A DNA stretch of 44,214 nt from Octopus bimaculoides (GCF_001194135.2 NC_068981.1:116322254-116366467); one strand, 5' to 3'; counted from the stretch's first letter, positions 13,108 through 25,545 are shown. The notes: generated from the letters alone by a model not told the origin. Numbers and translations are program-made.

Positions 13108-13225
13108 TATCAGTTGCTTTTTGCACTGCTTCTATGCGCAATATAACACAAAAACCCCACTTTAATGTACTCACAATACCATTTTATACTAACCAGATAC
13201 ACGAATAGTAAATATGTGTGTCTGT

Positions 13226-13289
13226 CTATCTATCTATCTATCTATCTATCTATTTATCTATCTATCACTCTCTCTCTCTCTCTCTCTCG

Positions 13290-13325
<36 letters not shown>

Positions 13326-13365
13326 GTATGTGTGTATGTATGTATGTATGTATATATATATATAA
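13226..13365. repeat. Compound (TCTA)n(TC)n(TA)n(TATG)n microsatellite
   Basis: Read directly from the sequence. Confidence 0.95.
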
Positions 13366-13765
13366 ACAAAAGGAGGATATATTTAAGAACATCATCACAG
13401 ATAAAAAGAGGAAAATAATTGTATTCTCATCGAAATATGTTACCGGTTTCAAAAGTTTGAGCCAGTTACGTCGTGCAATAAGACTTGGGAATATATAGTG
13501 AAATACCTTAAATTGATGTTTCATGATAGTTCTTACATATGTTATGATTCAGAAGCTACTACCAAATGAATATTTTAAGTGAATCACGTGAACTTTCAAA
13601 ACTGCTACCATGAAACATTAATAGATATAATCCAGTATACTTTCCTTTTCTCCTTGCATAACTTAAACAACTAAAAACGGAAATATTTTCATCCCTCATG
13701 TCACGTTAAAGTCTTCAAATGATTTTCTTTTGTTTTCATATAGTTTACGCGTGTAATATCTCCTA

Positions 13766-13766
<1 letters not shown>

Positions 13767-13833
<67 letters not shown>

Positions 13834-13836
13834 GCA

Positions 13837-13867
<31 letters not shown>

Positions 13868-13950
13868 TCTGTCAGTCAGTCAGTCTGTCTGTCTGTCTGT
13901 TCTGTCAGTCAGTCAGTCTGTCTGTCTGTATGTCTACGTGTTTATCTATC
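13767..13950. repeat. Compound (TCTA)n/(TCTG)n/(TCAG)n microsatellite
   Basis: Read directly from the sequence. Confidence 0.95.
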
Positions 13951-14083
13951 TACAGTTTACTTCTCGCTCAGAGATTTGATATTGCTTGTTTCTCCTTTTA
14001 ATAGATCAGAAACAGTTTGTCACTAGAAAAAGCATATAATAGTTAACGTTTGGAATGAGTTCTCATCGGTAGTTAGTGATTAT

Positions 14084-14128
14084 CACACACTGATGACGGG
14101 TTACTACCCAGAAACCCGAGTCTGTGTG
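14084..14128 (+). ncRNA. Minimal type I hammerhead ribozyme (PLE/retrozyme-like)
   Basis: Stem I CACACA(14084-89)/UGUGUG(14123-28); core CUGAUGA 14090-96; stem II GGGU-UACU-ACCC with a C.A mismatch at 10.1/11.1; GAAA 14111-14; stem III AC-CCGA-GU; cleavage triplet GUC ending at 14122. Confidence 0.75.
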
Positions 14129-14207
14129 TATACATACATATATATATATATGCATATGTAATACTCCCCCCACATACATATATATGCATATATGCATATA
14201 TATGTGA

Positions 14208-14242
<35 letters not shown>

Positions 14243-14543
14243 AACATATACACACACACACCTATATAATCATACTTTTATGCATGCGACATTTACGTAT
14301 GCGTTTGTACAAGGAATGCCGTACTGTGGAATTCCGTAACGCAACGCTTAGTTTATTGCAAATCAAAAGATTGTGCCTTCGGTTGGAGCAGGTGTTATTC
14401 AACACACAAAGGACACGAATATGTCATTGAAAGCTATTCAACTGAAATAAAAAATTTTCTGACACGGACAGTGTGCAATTGTAATTTAAATTCAATCTAG
14501 GTTAGTAACGTGTAAGTGTGTATATATACCGGCGTGTGTATAC

Positions 14544-14588
<45 letters not shown>

Positions 14589-14919
14589 NNNNNNNNNNNN
14601 NNNNNNNNNNNNNNNNNNNNNNNNNNNNNNNNNNNNNNNNNNNNNNNNNNNNNNNNNNNNNNNNNNNNNNNNNNNNNNNNNNNNNNNNNNNNNNNNNNNN
14701 NNNNNNNNNNNNNNNNNNNNNNNNNNNNNNNNNNNNNNNNNNNNNNNNNNNNNNNNNNNNNNNNNNNNNNNNNNNNNNNNNNNNNNNNNNNNNNNNNNNN
14801 NNNNNNNNNNNNNNNNNNNNNNNNNNNNNNNNNNNNNNNNNNNNNNNNNNNNNNNNNNNNNNNNNNNNNNNNNNNNNNNNNNNNNNNNNNNNNNNNNNNN
14901 NNNNNNNNNNNNNNNNNNN

Positions 14920-14952
<33 letters not shown>

Positions 14953-15031
14953 TTGTGTGTGTGTATATGTGTGTGTATATATATATATGTATATATGTAT
15001 ATATGTATGTGTGTGTGTGTGTGTGTGTGTG

Positions 15032-15912
15032 TTGGGTCATCCAATAAAGAACGCGGTTTTTTCAATTACACGAACTAAATGTCGGAGGGGTACGGGATAA
15101 ACTACCTGCATCAACTTGCTATAAAAGCAGGTATTAACTTTATCTTGTACTTATTCTTAGTGCAAGTTTTGAAGGGTGCAGTTCGATTTTAACAATTATT
15201 CTTTGAAAGCTATAATGGAATTGACAGAGGAGCATATTCACCATATTTTGTTTCCTGATTTCAATAAAGGCAACAACGCTCCGGAAAGTACAAGTAATAT
15301 TAATACAGTATATGTGGATCTGACAATAAGTGTAATCCAGTGTCAACAGTGGTTCCAGAAATTCCGAGCCAGAAACTAATGCCTATAAGACGAGCCTCAT
15401 CCTGCAAGTTCTGCAGAGCTCGACGAGGACATCCTGCAAACCCTGGTGGAAAAATCCCGTCGTAACTTGATGAACCAGCAGAGAAGCTTGGATTTGGTCA
15501 TTCAACCATTTATCAACATCTGCGCTAGAAGAAAACGACCATCTTTGGTTTCAAGACGAAAGGTATTCTTCCATCTGGATAATCCTGGAGCAGTTTCAAT
15601 GGGAAACAATGCCCCAGCCACCATATTCACAGGAGATTTCCCCATCTGATTATCATTTATTCTGCAGTCTTCAAAATCATTTGGATGAAAAAATGTGAAT
15701 TCTGTAGACGTGACCAGAACAGTACTGGAGGAGTATTTTTCGTCACAGTCAACTGAATTTTAGAAGAGGGGCTTTACACGTCTACCAGACAGCTGGAAGT
15801 GCATTGTAGAAAATGAAGGAGAGTATATTTTAGACGGAAAAAAAGAACTTATCTTAATTTTTAAAAACAAAAGAAGTATAAAATAACCCGCATTATTTAT
15901 GGGATGACCCAA
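15032..15912 (+). mobile_element. Internally deleted mariner element (881 bp)
   Basis: TIRs ttgggtcatccaataaagaacgcgg / ccgcattatttatgggatgacccaa|ta; N-terminus MELTEEHIHHILF...QWFQKFR; C-terminal KRPSLVSRRKVFFHLDN; the central WVPHEL and first-Asp segment is absent. Confidence 0.9.
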
Positions 15913-16555
15913 TATATATATAGAGTGAATAAATCGTCGTCTATATCACGCGATAACAAAAATAACACTGACATCTCATTTTAACAGATATTTTTACCAA
16001 AATTACATAAAAGAATTGGAGCTCAACAGAGTCCTGAGCAATTGTAACAGTTTCGAATGGAGAGACAATTGTTGCTTTATTGTGCTGAGTGCCCTTTCCT
16101 TTCGTTAATCCACTCATATAATTGCTTTGACCAATAGAAGCCCATCTTCTGGTAGCTATCTTGGACTTCCTAGATCTGTTCATTCGGCCATATCAGAGTT
16201 AGTAGCTTGCCTTGTCACCATGCGTTACTTTGATTCTCTCCGCGGTTTAAGTTAACGGTAAATGTGTCTATAGAATACACAATCATACACACGCGCTAAT
16301 ACATTGGCTTCATATTTTGGCACAAGTCCTGAAATTTTAGTGGGTGAGTAGTAAGACAATTAAATTCAACACAACATCTGATAGGTAGTCTATAATACAC
16401 ACCCCAACAAAGGGTCTATGAGATGAAGTGACTAAGAATTATATAATTTGTAGGTAATTTAATTGAGCGAATAACTGTCTACACATATTCGAAAGCAAAC
16501 CTGAACCATTTACGGACTCATAAATGCGCGCACACACACGCACACACACGCACAC

Positions 16556-16591
<36 letters not shown>

Positions 16592-16604
16592 GCATACACA
16601 CACA

Positions 16605-16642
<38 letters not shown>

Positions 16643-16827
16643 AACATTTGTATATGTACGTTACATATGCTTTTATGTACGTGGATATATATATATATAT
16701 GTGTGTATATATCTATATCTATATCTATGTNNNNNNNNNNNNNNNNNNNNNNNNNNNNNNNNNNNNNNNNNNNNNNNNNNNNNNNNNNNNNNNNNNTATA
16801 TATATATATACATAGATATAGATATAG

Positions 16828-16860
<33 letters not shown>

Positions 16861-17528
16861 CATATACGTGCTCATACATACACATATAAAACACATAATT
16901 TATATATACATACATACACACATACCTACGTACAAAAAGACGCTCCATCGCTTATAAAGTCTTACTATTTCAATTGTAAATTATCTTGTCCGTCAACTAT
17001 CTGCGAATGTGTGAGCTTATTTACGAGGTTGTATTTGACTGACCCGGCTGCTATCTAATCCAATGAAGAAAGAGAGTACAATTAGGTGTTTGGTACAGAT
17101 TGACGATATCAAGAACGATGCCAAGAAAACTTTGACCTCTTCCAGGTTTATGCAACACATTTCTGTTGTTACTGATAGATAATAACGTAGTGTTAATATC
17201 AGGGTCACGGAAAGGTTACTTATCGCAAAAGAAGTTGTGCCGGCTAGTGTTTGTATGTACTTGTGTATTTATATTCGCCTGAGAATAGACCGTAGTTTTC
17301 TTTTATTTGTTTTAACATATGTCTCTCCGTATATCTCTACATTTGTTACATATAATTGATAACGCCCACATGCCCCCTCCTGAACTCATGCGCGCTTACT
17401 ACTAAATACATTCATACGTATTCATTATATGCGTGAATAATAATGCTTGTATTCGTTTATGCACACAAATATACGCACGCACGCACATACTCATACATAT
17501 ACACGCGCACACACACTCATATATTTAC

Positions 17529-17584
<56 letters not shown>

Positions 17585-18099
17585 ATATGTGTGTGCATTA
17601 TGTATAGATATCTTTTTTATTATAGCCACACAGGGCTAAATACAGAAAATGGACAAATTACAAAGTAGAGCTTTTTTGNNNNNNNNNNNNNNNNNNNNNN
17701 NNNNNNNNNNNNNNNNNNNNNNNNNNNNNNNNNNNNNNNNNNNNNNNNNNNNNNNNNNNNNNNNNNNNNNNNNNNNNNNNNNNNNNNNNNNNNNNNNNNN
17801 NNNNNNNNNNNNNNNNNNNNNNNNNNNNNNNNNNNNNNNNNNNNNNNNNNNNNNNNNNNNNNNNNNNNNNNNNNNNNNNNNNNNNNNNNNNNNNNNNNNN
17901 NNNNNNNNNNNNNNNNNNNNNNNNNNNNNNNNNNNNNNNNNNNNNNNNNNNNNNNNNNNNNNNNNNNNNNNNNNNNNNNNNNNNNNNNNNNNNNNNNNNN
18001 NNNNNNNNNNNNNNNNNNNNNNNNNNNNNNNNNNNNNNNNNNNNNNNNNNNNNNNNNNNNNNNNNNNNNNNNNNNNNNNNNNNNNNNNNNNNNNNNNNN

Positions 18100-18152
<53 letters not shown>

Positions 18153-18199
18153 TATTACTTGATAGATCTTTACTAATGTACAGTTCCCAATAGCATTTG

Positions 18200-18530
18200 G
18201 AAGACTATGAACCCTCCTTACATCTGAGGAATACTGAAAAAATAGCGTTCTCCAATTTGGCGACGTTCTGGGAAAGAAGTATTAGGCGTATTGATTGGTG
18301 CAAACCCTGGGAAGGACACAACGAACATAATGAGAGGAGGAGAGGCAAATGGGTCGAAAATGACTAAATGATGGTTTCATGATGTCAGCCACCTGTGAAT
18401 AGCAATCATTACAAAAGTTAGAAAGAGGAGAGAGTAAGTCTATGGACCAAAGGCTGGAGTGTGTTCCTATCAGACAGCTTATGATGATAAATCCGTATGG
18501 GATTTTCTGGTTACGTTCAAAGATGTTCAC
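18200..18530 (-). mobile_element. CR1-like LINE C-terminal remnant
   Basis: Minus-strand LPRVCTNQYA*YFFPRTSPNWRTL matches the CR1-group terminal pattern xxTNxYKxSFFPRTIxxWNxLP. Confidence 0.55.
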
Positions 18531-18654
18531 ATGTGTAGCAGCACCACCACCACCATCCCCTGTAAATGAACATTACTCCATTGTAGGTCTCGCAATATCT
18601 GAAGATGGGTATAAGGACACAGTTTACTATACCCCAAATCAAACTACTAGTAAA

Positions 18655-20060
18655 TAAATTAAATTGTAACAGTTAACTGCAAGAAAATTGCAGCAGTTAA
18701 TGGAATATTTGTCAAGGCTGATAAAGCAGTAAATCTTTATCATATTCTGTTAGCAATTATTGTGGGATGAAGTAAAGGAGTAGAGATTGCAATTCATTTC
18801 TAGTAATATTAAAGACGCACTTTCGTCAAGAGAGACCCATGATGGTTGTGAGGACAACAGATGTAGCGATTGTCAGGGTTCTATTTTTGTACTGCTAATA
18901 ATTACGAATAGAATGGGGTGCAATAATATGATATAATTTTCTTCATATAAATTAAGTTTTCTTTTTTTTCCATTGGAAGATACCTTCGGTTTCTCTGTTC
19001 ACGGAATCACTGCAAGTTGGAGATTTAATGCAAAGCATGAGAAAATTATGAAATAATGAAAGGTAGCACCATCGACAGAAAAGTGTTGAAGGATGTCACT
19101 GCATGTAAGTCAGTGATATATATTTACACCACGAAGGATTCCTCCGTATAACACACTATTGGTTTGTTTTGAAGATGGACATGAGAATATCGTTAAGAAC
19201 GTTAACTTCCACCGATTCCCTTTCAAAGGAAAGACCCATCTAAAAAAATTGCAACAGTTAACGAAGTAAATCAGAAGTAAACCATGCTGATAAAACAGTA
19301 AATATGGAATCTGAAGTATTCTTCGCTTTGTTTAAAAAAGAAATTATGAACGACTATTAAATAACTTCTAAGGAAAGCTTACATAACATGAACTTAAATG
19401 TGAAATTGGTTGAAGATTAACAAGGGGAAGATCGGACTGAACCGTACACTCCCCAAACCTCCAGAATAAAATTAAAGTGTCAAATTTACAAGTTTTCCCC
19501 ACTAAATCAAGTTTTAACTTACTTAGATAACTTAAATAATTATGCATAACTTAATAACACTACCTGATAACATTCGTAAACTTATTATTGATAAACATAT
19601 TCCTAAGTCTAGACAACATGTTAATTAATGTCTGTGGCCTTATTCCTTGGAAATAAGTGGTTGGTTATTAAAGTGGTTGATTTATTAAAGATAAAAATTG
19701 TACTAAATTCATTCAATTAGATGTATTGAATTATTACTCATCTGTCAACACTATTCTATTAATAAAGCCTTAATTTTCGTGATGAAGAATTCAGATTTAT
19801 CTAAAACGAAACGGGAAGTTAATATATTACTAATGGCTAAGAAAAGTATAATATAATTCAATGAAAAATACTGGACAAGGACTGATACACCTGATTATTT
19901 CGACATTACTATGGTGTTCAGCGACTCAGCACAAGTAACTGATTTAGTAGGCATTTACATTCTTAACTGTTCTCAGAATTTCGTGAATTAAGGGGTGGAT
20001 CATATAGAGAGGACACTATTTTCACTATCCATTGGTCTACTAAGGTTAATCTTGAAGGGT
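18655..20060 (+). mobile_element. Penelope-like element reverse-transcriptase remnant, with a short duplicated N-terminal piece
   Basis: VKADKAVNLY (~18715) and HADKTVNM (~19290) resemble ADKTxNLY; FIQLDVLNYYSSVNTILLIK (19708) resembles FxQFDIxxFYPSI; YFDITMVFSDSAQVTDLVGIYILN resembles FDVTMGSYDGAEVCELVGLFIL; GSYREDT resembles GLYRDD. Many stops. Confidence 0.75.
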
Positions 20061-20887
20061 CCCGGAAATAGATTTGAGACTATGTGTTAATTGCTTTCTT
20101 TTTCTATGTTCTAACGAACAGGATATAAATTAATTGTAGTATCTGATGAATGATATTGGGTGAGCTGTAGGTGTATTTAGTTTTCCTTTACATTGGTATA
20201 AGTGGGTATAGTATATTCAATGGTTAAAACATTATCTTTCAAAAAGTAAGGCCCCAGGTTCTATCCACATGATTGATATCTTAAGCAAGTGTTTTTTTAC
20301 CGTTATCTCAAGTCGACTGATTTTGTGAGTGAAATTAGGTAAATGGAAATTGTGCAAACCTAATCGGATCGTTTGTAAATATGATTAAAACATACAGTCT
20401 TCTCTCTCTCTCTTTCACGCGCGCGCACACACTGTCGCGCTGAGTCTGCCTTCTTAGAATTACGTTAATGATCCAGTTGCCTGAGGAATGTCTCGTCAAT
20501 TACATGGTAATCTGATATGCAGGTAAATAAATTCGATCGAAACTGATGGTGATATATTTCATATTCATAATCAAAATACAAACTGCTGGACATATAATGG
20601 TGTAAATTTCGTGATTCTTACAGCTTCGCTGGAAATGCAATAACTACAGTTTCTCAGGAACAGGTCAAACACATAAAATAGATGCCATTATAACACATTA
20701 CATGGCACCAGCAGTTCTCAAACGGATTCCAGGGGAAATATTTATTGTTGAAATTATTTGTCCCATTCTTTATTAACTGAATGACAAAATAGAGATTGTA
20801 TCTACATCATCTCTTTGGTTCTCCATAGTGTTAAATAAAGCATAGTCTTATACCAAATGAATATGTGTGTCTTTCTTTGCAATCCTC

Positions 20888-20923
20888 ATAATAATAATAA
20901 TAATAATAACAATAATAATAATG

Positions 20924-20954
<31 letters not shown>

Positions 20955-20970
20955 TAATAATAATAATAAT
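20888..20970. repeat. (AAT)n microsatellite; further (AAT/AAC)n tracts at about 21187-21324, 22005-22115, 23733-23800, 24500-24510, 24701-24780 and 35733-35803
   Basis: Read directly from the sequence; explains the poly-I/L/Y ORFs. Confidence 0.95.
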
Positions 20971-21183
20971 CCTTTCTACTAGAGGCACAAGGCATCAAAT
21001 TTAGGGAAACGGGACCAGTCTATTACATCGACCCTAGTGCTTCACTGGTACTTAACTTATCGATCCTGAAAAGATGAAAGGCAAAGTCGACCTCGGCAGA
21101 ATTTGAACTCAGTATGTAAAGAGAGGAGAAATATTGCTAAACATTTTGCCCGGCGTGCTAACGATTCTGTCAGCTCGCCGCAC
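20971..21183 (-). mobile_element. tRNA-derived SINE (family 2), between (AAT)n tracts
   Basis: Minus-strand head gcggcgagctgacagaatcgttagcacgccgggcaaaat...gagttcaaattc has A/B-box like motifs; tail ...agtagaaagg(att)n; homologous copies at 24511, 36124 and 36354. Confidence 0.85.
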
Positions 21184-21224
21184 AAAATAATAATAATATT
21201 AATAACAACAACAACAACAACAAC

Positions 21225-21285
<61 letters not shown>

Positions 21286-21324
21286 TTAATAATAATAATA
21301 ACAACAACAACAACAATAATAATA

Positions 21325-22004
21325 AAATGTATAGCCAGTGAACCTTCAAACGAGACAGTGGTGCACATTGTGGAAAACTTCCCCAAGTTGGCAGAGGAAG
21401 AATATAAGAAATGGAGGGATAACAGATTGTAAGATTTTTACACTTGAAACTTTGTCAGAAATGGAAATTTGAAGCTGGAAACACATAGCACAATCCTCGA
21501 GTCGAAAGATTACTGGAGTCGGATAAAGGTAAGATTTTGTGGGACTTTCCTAATCAAACAGACAAGAAGTTAGAAAATAACAGACCGGACATAACAACTA
21601 TAGGTAAGGTAAAGCGAAGTCGCTTACTAATCGACATATCCTATGCTCATTTAATTTGCGGAACGGAAAGGAATAGGAAGAAAAACAAAATTAAAAAAAT
21701 CTAATCTCTTAAAATTTGAAATAGGAAGAATTTGGTGTATGAAAATTGTAAAGGTCGTGCTTATAATAACTGTTGCTTTTGGAACAGAAATCAAAGATAT
21801 AGACAAATGGCTGAAGGAGAATGGAATAGAATGTCCTGTGAAGCTCTTACAGAAGGTTTGTCTATTAGGGACAGCAAGGATCATCAGGAGGGTTCTTAGC
21901 ACTTGAAAGGCTACTGAAAACTTGTGGATACCTAAGGTTACCGGGAGTAACCCGCTACCCACATAAATCTCACCAGAAATAAGAACGAACCTGAGTGAAA
22001 TCAA
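21325..22004 (+). mobile_element. R4/Dong-clade (restriction-like endonuclease) LINE, 3' fragment
   Basis: ETVVHIVENFPKLAEEEYKKWR (decayed CCHC knuckle region), KILWDF, NRPDI...LLIDI (PD..D RLE motif), LLQKVCLLGTARIIRRVLST*, short 3' UTR, then (AAT)n. Confidence 0.85.
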
Positions 22005-22079
<75 letters not shown>

Positions 22080-22112
22080 CATAATAATAATAATGATGAT
22101 GATGATGATGAT

Positions 22113-23732
22113 AATAGGGAATATAGAAATCAGGCGAAGCATCTTCCAAGGGGACTGCCTGTCCCCACTGATCTTCATATTGTGCATGATACCACATACT
22201 GATTCTGAGAAAAGCAAAGCTGGGTATATATTCAAAAGCCGACAACAAAAGGTCAACCACTTGTTATTCATGGATGACCCAAAACGTTATGGTAAAGATG
22301 AATCCCAAGTGCTGATATCGGAATGGCGTTCGGAATGAGAAAATGTGGTGCGTTAATCTTGGAGAGAGGGAAAATCAAATATATGACGGGCTACCGATAC
22401 CATCGGGGGAGGTTATGAAGCAGATAGAAGAGACGGTTTATAAATATTTGGTGATATTGGAAATGGAGAAATTGATGGAGAAAGAAATGACAGAAAAATT
22501 TAAGTTTGAGTACTTGCGCAGACTGAGACTGATCCTTACGTCGAAATTAAACGGACGGGATAAGATAAAGACTATCAACACCTGGGCGATTTCAATCCTT
22601 AGATATTTAGCAGGGATAATAGCATGGACAGTAGACGAACTAAAGAGCTTAGACAGAAAGACAAGGAAGTTGCTAACTAGATATGAGATACTCCACCCAA
22701 GACTGACACAGGCAGACTCTATGTACCAAGAAAAAGAGAGGGAAGAGGACTGATTGGATGAGAACACGGCATTAGAGCAGAAGAAAACAACATAGCATGG
22801 TATGTGAAAATTGCCACAGAACTGCTATTATTAGAAGTAAGAAGGTCAGGCTTGTGTAGGATGAAATATTGCTAAAATAAAGCACTGTACACGCACTTGA
22901 GAATGAATGAAACTGAAAATAGATGGGTGAAGAAAAGGATGCGTGGATAATTTCATAGGGATGTTGAAGATAAGAAAGGGAAAGAAGATGGCTATGGATG
23001 ACTAAAAGTGATTTTAAAACCGGAAACGGGGGCACTAATCTGTGCTTCTCAAGAGCAAGTACTAAGAACGAATTACATCAAATACAGAATAGACAATACA
23101 TCAGAAAGTGATAAGTGCAGAATTTGTGGACAAAATGGTGAATCTACCAATCAATGTACACCACTAGCCCACCAGAAAGAATATATAGCAAGGATTGGCC
23201 ATTGGGCACTTCGCATCAATTATGGACTTGACAGAGCAAGAAAGTGGTAAGAATATAAACCTGAAGGCATAATCGAAAATGATAATGCAAAGATCCTATT
23301 GGATTTTATGATTCAGTGCGACCATGAGATACAGGATAGTAAGCCAGAATAGTATTAATTGAAAAAGAAAGAAAACTATGCTGGATCATAGATATAGCCT
23401 GCCCAGCTGACAACAAAGTATGCAATAAGGAAAAAAGAAAAGTCCATAGGCATGACAGGTTAGCTTGGGAGGTTAAGCAGTTGTGGTTGCTGTGAAAGGT
23501 GGTAGTATTACCAATAATTGCCGGAGCCCTGGGAACAGTGAGTAAAAATCTCAAGAAGTACATGGAACAAATATGGGCTGCAATAAAGGTGGATCACTTG
23601 CAGAAAACAGCACTGCCTGGAACCGCTCGAATACTCCAGATGATGCTCGAAAAATAAGGAGTGTTACCTTAGTTCACTGGTAGTGAATACTTGGCACCGT
23701 ACTACATCTCCAGTATTAGAAGCTGTACATAG
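22113..23732 (+). mobile_element. R4/Dong-clade LINE, 5'-truncated (RT domain to 3' end)
   Basis: IEIRRSIFQGDCLSPLIFILCM, VNHLLFMDD, KIKTINTWAISILRY, LKPETGALICASQEQVLRTNY, DKCRICG, IIDIACP, LQKTALPGTARIL; ends in (AAC)n(AAT)n. Confidence 0.92.
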
Positions 23733-23770
<38 letters not shown>

Positions 23771-23800
23771 AATAATTATAATAATAATAATAATAATAAT

Positions 23801-24498
23801 AAATGCCCTTATGCAGTAGCAGGCAGTGACTCTCATGTCTTCTGATCTTAACTGATTGGAAGAGTTATTATGTACATTGTTTTGTCTTGGTATAAAAGAT
23901 GGGCTACAGAAAATATTCTGCTTAAAACCACAGATTTGCTTGTCAGTTGCTTGAACTTAGCCATTTGAGCATGTTCCTTAATGGCTGAAGATAGGGGCAT
24001 TTGTAATCATGAGCAGAAATAGTGTGGGAGCATCATAGCCATGTGTTGAGAGGAATTATTTGGGGTTTGAATAATTCACCTCTGGAAACATGGGTGTTTC
24101 GTTCAACATCCTTAAACAAACCTTATTCGGGGACCTTTTGAGCGATATGGACTACTCGACCTGAAGAACATTCTAACTGGGTACACATGCAAGCTCATAC
24201 GCTGTTGATCTGGATATGGTATCACCATGTTGCGCGCATATGGCTGTGATGCATGTGCCTAGTGTAACCTTATCAGACGAGTAACTTGATCGGAAAAAAA
24301 AATTTCTAACTAGTCCCCACCTGCAAGGTCATGCACTGTTTATCTTGATATGAGATCAGCATGTTCTACATATATGGCTGTGATGCATGTGCCTGATGTA
24401 CTCTTATCAAACAGGTAGACACGATAGATATATTGGGATTCGTACATGTGTACCCCAGTGTCACGTTGAGGGTATGGAATGCATACCCTCGCTCAATC
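23801..24498. repeat. About 700-bp non-coding repeat-like element between (AAT)n tracts, with an internal tandem duplication
   Basis: 24171-24283 resembles 24304-24417 (shared ttctaact...atatggctgtgatgcatgtgcct...cttatca); bounded by AAT tracts; no ORF. Interspersed-repeat status is inferred. Confidence 0.55.
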
Positions 24499-24510
24499 AA
24501 TAATAATAAT

Positions 24511-24700
24511 CATTTCTACAATAGGCACAAGACCTGAAATTTGAGGAGAGTGGACTAGTTGTTTACATCGACCCCGGTACTCAATTGGTACTTAATTGAT
24601 CGACCCTGCAAGGATGAAAGGTAAAGTCGAGCTCGGCGGAATCTGAATGCAAAACGTAGCCGCAGACGAAATACCGCCAAGCACTTCGCCTGTCGAGCTA
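24511..24700 (-). mobile_element. tRNA-derived SINE (family 2), head slightly truncated
   Basis: Aligns by eye with 20971-21183 (aggcacaag...catcgaccc...ggtactt...gatgaaagg.aaagtcga.ctcggc.gaat). Confidence 0.85.
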
Positions 24701-24780
<80 letters not shown>

Positions 24781-24799
24781 GGTTCGACTGTCGTTGTTG

Positions 24800-25545
24800 A
24801 TAATGAAGAATGACATCACATGAGAGAAGGAGATAGGTCACGGTGTGTCCGGTTGTGGCCGCTCAGTCTGACGCGTGCACCGACGTCTCTGCCGCAGGTC
24901 CAGAACTAACGGTCTGCTTGACTCCTCATATGAGCAGTCCTGTTTTCTTTGCTTTCCTGCAATCCTGTTCTGTTCGTAGGAGGTGGCACCTCTGTTGGTC
25001 GTGTGCTTGCATTTCCAATTTGAGGTTCTGTGTGTATCTTTGAAGCGATTTTTCTGTCCATCTTGTGTGAGCATATTTTCAACTTATTCGTTGTAAAACA
25101 GTCTTCTAAGGAGTCACGTATCGTGCATTCGAACAAGTTGGCATGCCCACCTGTCCTACGCTCTCCTTAGCAGTGTGAAAACACGCTTGACAAAGAAGTT
25201 CAAGTGATGACCTCACTGACTGGGACCTTGTCTTGCCAGGTGATTTTCAATAACTTTTTCAGGCAGTCTATATGGAACCTTTTGGAGTGGCGTTCGAAAA
25301 CAATTCAAATCTTGCAGGCTAACAGTACCGTAGGCAGCTCAGCTGCTTGGTACACCTAAAACCTGATGGCCAGCATATGCTTGTCCTTGGTCACACTCAT
25401 TCATATAGCCACCCAAATGCTGAGCTTTCCTGTGCAATGCATGTGTAGAATTCATCGTCAACGTTCACAGATCTGGAGAGTGTACTTCCGAGGTACCAGC
25501 AACCTTCAGCGTTTTCCTGCATCACTTCTGCGAGAAATACTGCAT
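24800..25545 (-). mobile_element. RTE/BovB-like LINE 3' fragment
   Basis: Minus-strand YLGSTLSRSVNVDDE, RFHIDCLKKLLKITWQDKVP, LVRMHDT, GQKNRFKDT are typical RTE C-terminal motifs. Confidence 0.85.

Noticed and set aside
20706-20730. hAT MITE starting cagcagttctcaaac
   Set aside because: No partner TIR found nearby.
20888-24780. CRISPR-like repeat-spacer array
   Set aside because: The repeats are variable-length trinucleotide microsatellites and the spacers are retroelements; the DNA is eukaryotic.
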